The translations under genes and the position numbers were made by a program. A stretch of DNA of 63,906 nucleotides, the filler included, from a bacterium (lineage in GTDB: Bacteria; JADJOY01): NCBI GenBank assembly GCA_046331705.1. It is 4 parts of 4 records of this genome, joined end to end, with 100 filler letters (N's around TTAATTAATTAA, not from the genome) between each part and the next. Parts side by side here need not be neighbours in the genome. Positions count along the whole stretch, not along the records: positions 17,835 to 33,730 come from JAXLQJ010000097.1; 3 more parts are not named here. The stretch is one strand, 5' to 3'. Positions 20,647 to 29,979 of the stretch are shown here, in pieces. The notes under the pieces are model-generated. The model saw only the letters and a program-made list of their open reading frames with translations. It was not told the origin of the DNA and did not search any database. The first letter of the stretch is position 1. Each line of letters starts with the position of its first letter.

Positions 20647-21635
20647 CGCGGCCCACCCGCGCGTGGGTCTTGCTCGCGGCGCTCGCGGCGCTCGCGCTCG
20701 CGCGAGCGCCGACGTGGGCAGCGGGAGACGCCGAGGCGCCGCGTCTTCACGACGTGCTGCAGGTCACCGGCAACCTGGGGTATCGCTCGGCGACGTTCTC
20801 GCTCAAGGGGGACGAGCTCGCGTTCGTGCGGGCCCGCGCCGGTGGCGGTCTCTATCGCATGAGCCTCGAGAATCCCGTGCCCGTGCTCGCGCTTCCCGGT
20901 GTCGGCCCCGAGGAGCCCTGGCGTTTCGGTGCCGAGGGTCTCGCGTTGGAGGCCGCGCCGCGCACCTGGGGCGAGCGCTGGTGGCTCTCCGTCGACCCGT
21001 CGGGCGCCACCGCCATGAAGCGCGGCGAGGACCAGCCGATCTGGCGCGGCGTGCGGATCCGCGACCATCAGCTCGAGGTGTTCACCCGTGGTGCGTTCAC
21101 GCGCTGGGACCTGCCGCGCGATCATTGGCGCGATCCGAGCGTCTCCGACGACGCGCGCTGGATCGCCGTGGTCGGTGCGGAGGCCGGGTTGGTGGTCGTC
21201 GACACCTGGGGCGGGGCCCTTCGCTACCTCGGCCCGGCGGGACGCGGCAGCTTCTCGCCGGGCGGGAATTGGCTGGTCTTCGATCGCGTGCCCGACGGAT
21301 CGGCGCCCGCCGGCGCGGGGAACGCGAGCGAGCCCCTCGGCGAGGCCGCCGATCTGGTCGCGTACGACGTCGCCGCCGACCGCGCCACCACCCTCACCAG
21401 CACCCCCGCGCGGGCCGAGCGCCGTCCCGAGATCGCCCCCGACGGCAAGCGGCTCGTCTTCGATGCGGATGGGGCGATCTTCCTGGGCTCACTCGATCTG
21501 CCGCGTCGCGGCAGCGAGCCGCGTCCCAGCGAGGTCACGGTCCCCCGCGTGCCGGTGCCCAAGCCTCCTCGGCCACCCGTGCCGCCGCGCGCACCGGTTC
21601 CGCGACGCGCGCCCGACGGCGTTCGCGCGCCGTGA
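20643..21635 (+). CDS. Secreted TolB/PD40-like beta-propeller protein with Pro-rich tail
   Basis: Signal peptide, repeats PSVSDDARWIA, FSPGGNWLVF and PEIAPDGKRLVF, and a C-terminal PVPKPPRPPVPP tail. Confidence 0.75.
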   Translation: MTRPTRAWVLLAALAALALARAPTWAAGDAEAPRLHDVLQVTGNLGYRSATFSLKGDELAFVRARAGGGLYRMSLENPVPVLALPGVGPEEPWRFGAEGLALEAAPRTWGERWWLSVDPSGATAMKRGEDQPIWRGVRIRDHQLEVFTRGAFTRWDLPRDHWRDPSVSDDARWIAVVGAEAGLVVVDTWGGALRYLGPAGRGSFSPGGNWLVFDRVPDGSAPAGAGNASEPLGEAADLVAYDVAADRATTLTSTPARAERRPEIAPDGKRLVFDADGAIFLGSLDLPRRGSEPRPSEVTVPRVPVPKPPRPPVPPRAPVPRRAPDGVRAP

Positions 21636-23668
21636 GCGGCCCTCGCTTCCCCGTGGCGCGGGCCGCGGCGCGGATCGGTGCCCTGGCCGCCGCGGCGCTG
21701 GGCACGCTCGAGGCGCTCGCGGGAGTCGCGCTCGAGGTGCGGCTCAAGGGCATGTACCTAGGCGGAGACGCCAACCCGTGGGAGGTGCTCAGCCGCTTGG
21801 TCGACGTGACCGTGGTCCCGAAGGCGTGCTTGCTCCACGCGCTGCTCGGGTTCACGGGGCTGGGGTTGGTCGGCGCCGCGCTCGACGTGGCAGGGCGCGC
21901 GCGCTGGCGCGGCTCCTCGTCGTCGAGCCCCATGGAGCTTGCAGTCGCTGCGTTCGTGGGCCTCGTCGTGGGTGGCGTGCTCGAGTACGGCGCGATCCGC
22001 CGCGGCTGGCCCGGTGCGCTGTGGCCGCCGAGCTCGGTGGGCGGGGTCGACGCGATCGCGGCCCTGCCGATCGTCGGGGTCGCGTGGCTCGCCGCGCGCG
22101 CGGGACGTGGTGTCGCCGAGCGTTGTGCGGCGCGGATCGGTTGCCTGCGGGTCGCGCGTCGACTGGAGCGCGGCGCGTGGGCGGTGCTCGTCGGATCGAG
22201 CGTTGCGGCGCTCGCCCTCGCGCTCACGGTGCGACCGCGTGGTGAGGCCACGGGCGGCGTCGTGGCGCCGGCCACGAAACGCTCCCCGGACGTGGTGCTG
22301 GTGGTCCTCGACACCGCTCGCGCGGATCGCTTCTCGACCTTCGGGGCCGTGCGCCCGACCAGCCCGCGGCTCACCGAGCTCGCGCGGCGCGGCCTGCTCT
22401 TCACGCAGGCGATGAGCACCGCGCCGTGGACGCTGCCATCGCACGGGTCGCTCTTCACCGGCGAGCTACCGCATCGGCACGGCGCGGATTGGGGGCACAT
22501 GGCGCTGCGCCCCGAGATGCGAACCCTCGCGGAGTCGTTCGCTGTCGCCGGTTATCGCACCGCCGCGTTCACCAACAATCCGTGGATCGGCCCGGTCGCC
22601 GGCCTCGATCGAGGCTTCGCGGAGCTCTTCCCGATGTGGCGCGGTCACGGCGGCACCTGGGATCGATTGCTCGCGGTGCGCGCCGCGCGACGGCTGTCGG
22701 GGCGCGACCCGGACGAGGGAGCGGCGGACACCGTCGCCGCGATCACGCGCTGGCTCGACACGGCGGGCGCTCAGCCGTTCTTCCTGTTCGTGAACCTGAT
22801 GGAGCTTCACGACCCCAACTGGCCGCAGCGGGGCGCCGATCGCTACCTGCCGAGCGACACCTCGCGGGCGCGGCTGCGGGGGCTCAATCAGAACCCGTAT
22901 CGCTGGTTCGCGCAGCGCGTGACCATGGGCGACGCGGACTTCGCGCTGCTGCGCGATCTCTACGACGCGCAGGTGAGCTACCTGGACGGCCAGCTCGACG
23001 CCTTGATCGCGCTCCTGGAGGCACGCCGTGGCGCGGCCAACCTGGTCATCGCCGTGGTCGGCGATCACGGCGAGAACCTCGGCGACCACCAGCTTCTGAG
23101 CCACGTGTTCTCGCTTCACCAGAGCGTGGTGCACGTGCCCTTCGTGCTGGTCGCGCCGGGGCGGGTGCCGCCCGGCGCGGTGGTCTCCGAGCCGGTGAGC
23201 CTGGTGGACGTGGCGCCCACGCTCGAAGCGCTCGCCGGAGTCGGCGCCGCGGGCGCCCCGGGGCGGCGAGGGCAGAGCCTGATCGCGAACCCGCCCGAGC
23301 AGCGAGCGGAGCGCGTGCTCGTCGCCGAGCACCCGCCGCCCGGACCGATCCTCGACATCTTGCTCGCCAACGATCCGCGTCTCGACCTCGGGCGCTTCGA
23401 TCGCTCGTGGGCGGCGGCGCGCGAGGGTGGCTGGAAGCTGATCGTGGACGGGCTGGGATCGACGTTGCTCTACGACCTCGCGAGCGATCCCGCCGAGCTG
23501 CGCGACGTGGCGAACGAGCATCCCGAGGTGGTCGCCAGGCTCGCCGCCGCGCTAACCGAGCCGCTCGCGCATCTGGCGCCCACCCGCGCTCGCGCGCTCG
23601 AAGCCGGCGGAGGTGCGCCGCTCGACGCCGCCACCCGCGAGCGGCTGCACGCGCTCGGCTACATGTGA
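21632..23668 (+). CDS. Membrane-anchored sulfatase-like hydrolase/transferase
   Basis: About 5 N-terminal TMs, then DVVLVVLDTARAD, WTLPSHGSLFTG, ELHDP, GDHGE and the C-terminal RLHALGY. Confidence 0.9.
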   Translation: MSGPRFPVARAAARIGALAAAALGTLEALAGVALEVRLKGMYLGGDANPWEVLSRLVDVTVVPKACLLHALLGFTGLGLVGAALDVAGRARWRGSSSSSPMELAVAAFVGLVVGGVLEYGAIRRGWPGALWPPSSVGGVDAIAALPIVGVAWLAARAGRGVAERCAARIGCLRVARRLERGAWAVLVGSSVAALALALTVRPRGEATGGVVAPATKRSPDVVLVVLDTARADRFSTFGAVRPTSPRLTELARRGLLFTQAMSTAPWTLPSHGSLFTGELPHRHGADWGHMALRPEMRTLAESFAVAGYRTAAFTNNPWIGPVAGLDRGFAELFPMWRGHGGTWDRLLAVRAARRLSGRDPDEGAADTVAAITRWLDTAGAQPFFLFVNLMELHDPNWPQRGADRYLPSDTSRARLRGLNQNPYRWFAQRVTMGDADFALLRDLYDAQVSYLDGQLDALIALLEARRGAANLVIAVVGDHGENLGDHQLLSHVFSLHQSVVHVPFVLVAPGRVPPGAVVSEPVSLVDVAPTLEALAGVGAAGAPGRRGQSLIANPPEQRAERVLVAEHPPPGPILDILLANDPRLDLGRFDRSWAAAREGGWKLIVDGLGSTLLYDLASDPAELRDVANEHPEVVARLAAALTEPLAHLAPTRARALEAGGGAPLDAATRERLHALGYM

Positions 23669-23709
23669 GCGTTCTCGATGTGTCGTCGTCTCGGACCTTG
23701 TGATACAGA

Positions 23710-24906
23710 ATGACGGATCGAGGTTCGTCGATGGCCGTCGCTTCCGTTCGCCCCTCGCCCCAGCGCATCGCCGTCGAGCCGCGCGCGCGCATCCTGCTGG
23801 CCGACGACGAGGTCCAGCTCGCGCGGAACCTAAGGCTCCTGCTCGAGCGCGATGGCTATCGCGTCGACACCGTCACCAGCGGTGACGAGGCCATCGAGCG
23901 GCTCGCCGCCGAGCGCTACGACCTGCTGATCACGGACCTGATCATGCCGGGCACCGACGGCGCCCAGCTCATGATCCACGTGAATCGCGAGTACCCGACG
24001 ATCCCGGTGGTGGTGATCACCGGCTACGGCTCCATGGAGTCGGCGGTCGCGGCCATCCGCCAGGGGGCCTACGACTACCTGACCAAGCCTTTCGATTACG
24101 AGATCATGAAGATCACGATCGAGAAGGCGCTGGAGCGGCAGCGGCTCAAGACCGAGCTCTCGAAGTACACCGAGCAGCTCGAGGAGAAGGTCCTCGACCG
24201 CACCCGCGAGATCGAGCAGATGCAGGTGCGGCTGATGCGCTTCGAGCGCCTCGCCGCCGTGGGCGAGCTGGTCTCGGTGATCGCCCACGAGGTGCGCAAC
24301 CCACTGGTGGCGATCGGCGGGTTCGCGCGGCGGCTCAAGAAGGGCACCAGCGATCCCGCCGAGGTCGAGAAGCTCGCGGCGATCATCGTGGAAGAGGTGG
24401 ATCGGCTGGAGAAGATCCTCAAGTCGATGCTCGATTACTCGCGATCGTCCCGCCCCACGTTGCGTTCGGAAGACCCGACCCGACTGGTGGCGAAGAGCAT
24501 CGTGCTCTTCGAGGGCGAGCTGAAGCGCGCCGGCGTCGAGCTCAAGGTGGAGTTCGAGTCGAACCTGCCCGAGGTCATGCTCGACGGCGATCAGATCCGC
24601 GGCGTGATCCTGAACCTGGTGCTGAACGCGATCCAGGCCATGCCGCGTGGCGGCACCCTGACGTTACGAACCCTGCGGATCCCGGACGGAGTCGCGATCG
24701 AGGTCGACGACACGGGCGTGGGCATCCCGGACGACAAGCTCGCCCACCTCTTCGATCCGTTCTACACGACCAAGCCCACCGGCACGGGCCTCGGCCTGGC
24801 GATCGCGCAGAAGACCATCCATGGCCACGGCGGCCGCCTCGACGTGGCGAGCCAGGTCGGCAAGGGCACGCGCTTCCGCTTGGTCCTGCCCGTCAGCAGC
24901 CGCTGA
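23710..24906 (+). CDS. Hybrid response regulator-histidine kinase (REC-HisKA-HATPase)
   Basis: LLADDE, TDLIMP and YLTKP (REC), AHEVRNPL (H-box), NLVLNAIQAM, DDTGVG and GTGLGL. No TM segments. Confidence 0.95.
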   Translation: MTDRGSSMAVASVRPSPQRIAVEPRARILLADDEVQLARNLRLLLERDGYRVDTVTSGDEAIERLAAERYDLLITDLIMPGTDGAQLMIHVNREYPTIPVVVITGYGSMESAVAAIRQGAYDYLTKPFDYEIMKITIEKALERQRLKTELSKYTEQLEEKVLDRTREIEQMQVRLMRFERLAAVGELVSVIAHEVRNPLVAIGGFARRLKKGTSDPAEVEKLAAIIVEEVDRLEKILKSMLDYSRSSRPTLRSEDPTRLVAKSIVLFEGELKRAGVELKVEFESNLPEVMLDGDQIRGVILNLVLNAIQAMPRGGTLTLRTLRIPDGVAIEVDDTGVGIPDDKLAHLFDPFYTTKPTGTGLGLAIAQKTIHGHGGRLDVASQVGKGTRFRLVLPVSSR

Positions 24907-24965
24907 GTCGCGGGCCGCCTGACGCGCGCCTGGGGTGGGGCGAGCGCGGCTCGCGCGCCGGGCGC

Positions 24966-25175
24966 TCAGCTCTTCACGAGCTTGAGGTCGGGCTTGTTCA
25001 TCTCGCGCTCGGAATCCACGAGCAGCTGGTCGAAGTCGACGTCCAGGTAGGACGTGAGCTTGCAGACCATGTGGCCGAGCAAGTTCACCTGGTACTGCAG
25101 CAGGTCGATGGTCTTCTCGAGATCCTCGGTGCCTCGCGTGCGGGCGCTGCGCATCATTCCCATGCCGAGCTCCAT
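24966..25175 (-). CDS. Small hypothetical protein (~69 aa)
   Basis: Protein-like composition unlike shadow ORFs, fills the gap between genes, has an amphipathic helix, and a TATGAT -10-like element lies upstream at ~25204-25209 on the minus strand. Confidence 0.7.
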   Translation of the reverse strand: MELGMGMMRSARTRGTEDLEKTIDLLQYQVNLLGHMVCKLTSYLDVDFDQLLVDSEREMNKPDLKLVKS

Positions 25176-25251
25176 CGTCCCTGCGGATCCACGAGCGCGC
25201 CGATCATAGCCGACGCCGCTTCGCGTCAACAACCACGATTTTGGCCGTGTT

Positions 25252-26337
25252 TCAGCCGCTTTTCCCGATCTCCAGCATGCGCTCGAGGGCGCGCCGGGCG
25301 GGCTCGGCGAGGGCGGCGTCCAGGCTCAGCGCCGGGCGCGCGTCCGGCCCCTCCAGGCGGTCGAGCGTGAGCAGCACCGCCGCGAGGCCGACCGAGTACA
25401 TCGAGGCGCAAAACGCCGTGGCGAGCGGGAAGAACGGTCGATCGGGGACCTGTGCGCGGATCGTGTCGATCGCGTGGATCTCGGTCCCGAGCACCACCGG
25501 CGTGTGCCGCGGCGTCGCCGCCGCGAGCTGGGCCAGCTCGGCGATCGAGCCCGAGCCGTCGCTCGCCGCCACCACCGCTTCCGGCAGCTCGTGCTGCACC
25601 CACACCCGTGCGCCGGGATGCGCGCGGCGCGCCGTCTCGACGTCGGCGACGCGGAACTGGCCGAGCACCGGGCAGGGGCTCGGCACGACCACGATCCGCG
25701 CGTGCACGATCTCTTCCTCGCTCGGCCGCCGCGCCGGGTTCCATTCGAGGATTCGCGTCGGATCGACCTCGAGGGCGCGCGCGGCGAACGCGAGCAGCCG
25801 CTCGTCGGGCGTCCACAGCACCCGCTCCGAATGGCCCAGCGCCCACGCGAGCAAGGCGCGCGCGTTCGAGCTGCCGACGCACGCGCCGCCGTGCTCGCCG
25901 GCGTAGGCCTTGACGTCGAGCGAGCTGGTCACGCTCACCAGCGGGACGACGCGATCGTAGGGGCGCTCGATGCGCAGCGCCTCGGCCGCGCTCTCGAGGT
26001 CGGCGCGCGTGACCGCGTCCGACATCGGGCAGCCGGCGCCGGGGTCCGGGCACCACACCTCGGTCGACGCGGGGGCGAGCAGCCGTGCGTTCTCGGCGAC
26101 GTAACGCACCGACGCGCACACGATCCGCCGCGGCACGGGGCGCCGCGCCGCACGCGTCGCGAGCGCCACGCCGTCGCCCACGAGATCCGCGAGCTCGACG
26201 AGCCGCGCGCGCTGGTAGGCGTGCGCCCACAGCGCGAGCGCCGAGCCGTGCCGGCGCCGATGCTCCCGAATCCGCGCCAGCGCGGTGGCATCGTCGAGGA
26301 AGAGGTACTCGGGAGGCAGGTAGAAATCGTCGTCCAT
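25252..26337 (-). CDS. nadA: Quinolinate synthase NadA-like 4Fe-4S protein (degenerate active site)
   Basis: AHAYQ, VAENARLL, AGCPMS, DVKAYAG, SSNA, CPV, LGTE and FCASM follow the NadA layout, and three Cys ligands are retained. Confidence 0.8.
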   Translation of the reverse strand: MDDDFYLPPEYLFLDDATALARIREHRRRHGSALALWAHAYQRARLVELADLVGDGVALATRAARRPVPRRIVCASVRYVAENARLLAPASTEVWCPDPGAGCPMSDAVTRADLESAAEALRIERPYDRVVPLVSVTSSLDVKAYAGEHGGACVGSSNARALLAWALGHSERVLWTPDERLLAFAARALEVDPTRILEWNPARRPSEEEIVHARIVVVPSPCPVLGQFRVADVETARRAHPGARVWVQHELPEAVVAASDGSGSIAELAQLAAATPRHTPVVLGTEIHAIDTIRAQVPDRPFFPLATAFCASMYSVGLAAVLLTLDRLEGPDARPALSLDAALAEPARRALERMLEIGKSG

Positions 26338-26416
26338 GGCGCGTCGCGAAGCGTATTCGAGCGAGCCCGCGTTGACACATGCCGCGCGCGGCTCCCACAC
26401 TTCGCCGCGATTCGTC

Positions 26417-27196
26417 ATGGCCTCGCGCTCTCCTCGATCCAAGCACCCCGCGCGGGGCAGCGCCGCGACCCGCGCGCCGCGATCGAAGCGAGCGAGCACG
26501 GTCGCGAAGCCGGACGCGGCGATCCGCGCGCGGGTCCGCTGGCTCCTCGACGGGCTCGCGAAGCTCCATCCCGACGCTCATTGCGAGCTCGACTTCCGAA
26601 CGCCGCTCGAGCTGCTGATCGCGACGATCCTCTCGGCGCAGTGCACCGACAAGCGCGTGAATCAGGTCACTCCCGCGCTCTTCGCGCGCTACCCGGATGC
26701 CCAGGCGTTCGCCGCCGCCGATCCGCGCGAGCTCGAGAAGGCGATCCAGTCGACGGGCTTCTTCCGCAACAAGGCGCGCTCCATCCTCGCGGCGGCACGC
26801 CGCATCGTCGAGGAGCACGACGGCCAGGTGCCGTCCACCCTCGAGGAGCTCGTGAAGCTCGGCGGCGTGGGCCGCAAGACCGCCAACGTGGTGCTCGGCA
26901 ACGCGTTCGGCGTGCCGGGGCTCACGATCGACACCCACTTCGGCAGGGTGGCGCGCAGGCTCGGCCTCACCCGGCACGAGGACCCGCTCAAGGTCGAGGC
27001 GGATCTCATGCGGCTCCTGCCGCGCGCGTCCTGGACGCTGGTCTCGCACCAGATGATCTTCCACGGCCGGCGCATCTGCGCCGCGCGCAAGCCGCGCTGC
27101 GAGGCGTGCCCGCTGAGCGCGCGCTGCGCCTTCGCCGGTGGGCCGGGAGTCTTGGCGGCGCCCCGGCCGAAGCGCGCGCCCACCGGTCGGCCGTGA
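26417..27196 (+). CDS. nth: Endonuclease III
   Basis: ILSAQCTDKRVN, HhH motif GVGRKTANVV, IDTH and the C-x6-C-x2-C-x5-C Fe-S motif. Confidence 0.96.
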   Translation: MASRSPRSKHPARGSAATRAPRSKRASTVAKPDAAIRARVRWLLDGLAKLHPDAHCELDFRTPLELLIATILSAQCTDKRVNQVTPALFARYPDAQAFAAADPRELEKAIQSTGFFRNKARSILAAARRIVEEHDGQVPSTLEELVKLGGVGRKTANVVLGNAFGVPGLTIDTHFGRVARRLGLTRHEDPLKVEADLMRLLPRASWTLVSHQMIFHGRRICAARKPRCEACPLSARCAFAGGPGVLAAPRPKRAPTGRP

Positions 27197-28053
27197 CTCG
27201 CGCTCGCTCGCGGCGCGGCCGTGGCCCCGGTTCCTGGCCCGGCGGTCGCCCACCGGCCCTCGAGCGTTTCTCCCAGAATTTCCTGGTCGATCCCAACACC
27301 GCGCGGAAGATCGTGGACGCGGCCGGCGTGGGCGCGGGAGACTCCGTCCTCGAGATCGGCCCCGGGCACGGCGCGCTCACCCAGCTCCTCGCGCCGCGGG
27401 TGGCGCTGCTGCGCGTGGTCGAGATCGATCGTGCGCTCGCGTGGGCGCTCGCCGAGCGCTACGCGGACGAGCCGCGCGTCGAGGTGATCGCGGGCGATGC
27501 GCTGGCGATCGGCCTCGACGCGTTGCTCGCGGAGGGCGGGCACTGGTCGGTGGTCGCGAACCTGCCGTACCGGATCACGACTCCGATCCTGTTCGCGCTC
27601 CTCGACGCGCGCGCCCGGCTCGCCAGCGCCACCGTGATGGTGCAGCGCGAGGTCGCCGAGCGCGTCGAGGCGAGCCCCGGGTCGAAGGAGTGGGGGACGC
27701 TCAGCGTCCACTGTCAGCGCCTCGCCGACGTGCGCGTGCTGTTCGACGTGCCGCCGACGGTGTTCCGGCCGCGACCCGCGGTCCATTCCGCGGTGTTACG
27801 GCTCGATTTCCTGGCGCGGCCCCGCGTCGACGTCGGCGACGAGGAGCACTTCCGGCGGGTGGTGCGCGCCGCCTTCGGGCAGCGGCGCAAGACGCTGCGC
27901 AACGCGCTTAAGTCCGGTGCCTGGTCGCCGGATGCGATCGACGCTGCGGGGCGAGCGGCGGCGCTCGACCTCACGCGCCGTGGCGAGACGCTCGATCTCG
28001 TGGAGCTCGCGGCGCTGGCGAGGGCGCTGCCGGACGTGTCGCCGAACGCCTGA
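27193..28053 (+). CDS. rsmA: 16S rRNA dimethyladenosine transferase
   Basis: SQNFL, VLEIGPGHGALT, VANLPY, MVQREVAER and AFGQRRKTLRN. Confidence 0.96.
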   Translation: MTRARSRRGRGPGSWPGGRPPALERFSQNFLVDPNTARKIVDAAGVGAGDSVLEIGPGHGALTQLLAPRVALLRVVEIDRALAWALAERYADEPRVEVIAGDALAIGLDALLAEGGHWSVVANLPYRITTPILFALLDARARLASATVMVQREVAERVEASPGSKEWGTLSVHCQRLADVRVLFDVPPTVFRPRPAVHSAVLRLDFLARPRVDVGDEEHFRRVVRAAFGQRRKTLRNALKSGAWSPDAIDAAGRAAALDLTRRGETLDLVELAALARALPDVSPNA

Positions 28054-28121
28054 CCGACGTCCACGCGTGAGCGGTGGTGCGTCGCGGCGGGCACGGTGTG
28101 CGCCATGCCCGCCGCGCTCGC

Positions 28122-29903
28122 TCATTCCTCGTACATCGCCTCGATCGCGTCCGCCCAGTTCTGGTTGACGATCTTGCGCTTCACCTTGAGGGTGGGAGTG
28201 AGCTCGCCGTTCTCGATGGTCAGGTTGCGCGGCAGCACCCGGAACTTCTTGATCCCTTCCACGCGGGCGAACTGATCGTTCACCTGGTCCACGATGCGCT
28301 GGATCTCGCTCTCGAGCTTGGGGTGGGAGTGCAGCTCGCCGAGGGGGATCTGGTGCTGGCTGGCGAACTTGGCGGAGACGTCGGGATCGAGGGTGATGAG
28401 CGCCGTCAGGTACTTGCGGCGATCGCCGATCACCACCGCCTCGTTGATGAGCTCGGCGTTCTTGAGCGCACCCTCGATGTTCTTGGGCGCGATGTTCTTG
28501 CCGCCGGCGGTGATGATGATCTCCTTCTTGCGGCCGGTGATCTTGAGGAAGCCATCGGCGTCGAACTCGCCCAGGTCGCCGGAGGCGAGCCAACCGCCGT
28601 CGAGGAGCGTGTCGCGCGTGGCCTCGGGCTCCTTGTAGTAGCCGAGGAACACGTTCGGACCGCGCACCAGGATCTCGCCGTCCGAGCCGAGCTTCACCTC
28701 CACGCCGGGGAGCGGCACGCCCACGGTGCCGATCTTGGTGCGTCCCGGCACGTTGAAGCTGGTCGGGCCCGTGTCCTCCGACTGCCCGTAGACCTCGAGC
28801 ACCACGATGTCGAGACCCATGAAGAAGTCGAGGACCTCGGCGGCGATGGGGGCGGCGCCGCTCACGCACATGCGCGCGCGGCCGAGCCCGATCGCCGGCT
28901 TGATCTTGGAAAAGATCAGCTTGTCGGCGAGCCGGTATTGCAGCGCCAAGGCGCCGCTCGGAGTCTTGCCGCGGTTCTTGAGCTGGTTCGCCTCGCGGCC
29001 CACGCCCATCGCCCATTCCACGAGCTTCTTCTTGGCGCCGGTCGCTTCCTTGAGCTTCGCCGTCACGCCCGCGTGGAGCTTCTCCCAGATCCGCGGCACG
29101 CCGAAGAACACCGTCGGCTGAACCTCTTTCAGGTTGTCCGGGACCTTGTCGATCGATTCGGCGAAGTAGATCGGATAGCCGTGGGTGAGCGGGCCGTGGA
29201 TCGAGAACATCTGCTCGGCGATGTGCGAGAGCGGCAGATAGGAGAGCGCCGAGTCGGCGGAGTTCACGCCGATGAGGTCACGGGTGATGTTCGCCGTCCA
29301 CGCCACGTTGCGGTGCGAGAGCATCACGCCCTTGGGAGGTCCGGTGGTGCCGGAGGTGTAGATCAGCGTCGCGAGCTGATCGTCCCTGAGCTCCTCGATG
29401 CGGCGGTCGAAGACCTGGTCGTCGGTGCCTTGCGCCTTCGCCAGGAAGGCGTCCCAGCTCAGCACCTTCGGATGATCGATGCGCGGCGTGCCTTGCATCG
29501 TGACCACCCATTTGAGGTCGGGAAGGGTGGCCCATTCGGCCTCGATCTTCTTCCACTGGTCGACGTTCTCGACGACCACCACGGGGCTTTGCGAGTGGCG
29601 GACGATGTAGGCCACCTCGGGCGGCGAGCAGGTGGTGTAGATCCCCGCCGGCGCCGCGCCGATGCACATCGCCGCGACGTCGGCCACGATCCATTCGGGA
29701 CGGTTGAAGCCCAGGATCGAGATGCAGCCGCCGGGCTGGACGCCGAGCGTCGTGAGCGCGCGCCCCGCTTGCCGCACCTGTCCGGCGTAGGTGCGCCAGT
29801 TGGTGGCGAGCCAGGTGCCGCCGGACTTGGTGTAGTAGGCCGGCTCGTCGGGTCGCATTCGAGCCTGGTGCAGCAAGCGAGAGGGAATCGTATCCGCGGC
29901 CAT
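28122..29903 (-). CDS. Long-chain fatty acid-CoA ligase (AMP-binding)
   Basis: YTSGTTGPPKG, YGQSE, SGDLG, GRKKEIIITAGGKN and ELTPTLK. ATG at 29903 follows a GAGGAG Shine-Dalgarno. Confidence 0.95.
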   Translation of the reverse strand: MAADTIPSRLLHQARMRPDEPAYYTKSGGTWLATNWRTYAGQVRQAGRALTTLGVQPGGCISILGFNRPEWIVADVAAMCIGAAPAGIYTTCSPPEVAYIVRHSQSPVVVVENVDQWKKIEAEWATLPDLKWVVTMQGTPRIDHPKVLSWDAFLAKAQGTDDQVFDRRIEELRDDQLATLIYTSGTTGPPKGVMLSHRNVAWTANITRDLIGVNSADSALSYLPLSHIAEQMFSIHGPLTHGYPIYFAESIDKVPDNLKEVQPTVFFGVPRIWEKLHAGVTAKLKEATGAKKKLVEWAMGVGREANQLKNRGKTPSGALALQYRLADKLIFSKIKPAIGLGRARMCVSGAAPIAAEVLDFFMGLDIVVLEVYGQSEDTGPTSFNVPGRTKIGTVGVPLPGVEVKLGSDGEILVRGPNVFLGYYKEPEATRDTLLDGGWLASGDLGEFDADGFLKITGRKKEIIITAGGKNIAPKNIEGALKNAELINEAVVIGDRRKYLTALITLDPDVSAKFASQHQIPLGELHSHPKLESEIQRIVDQVNDQFARVEGIKKFRVLPRNLTIENGELTPTLKVKRKIVNQNWADAIEAMYEE

Positions 29904-29979
29904 GCTCGTTCTCCTCGTGTCGTGACCCTCGTTCGATGGTCGCTTCGCTCCGCCGTGTGCCCGTGGCACACGCGGCAGA

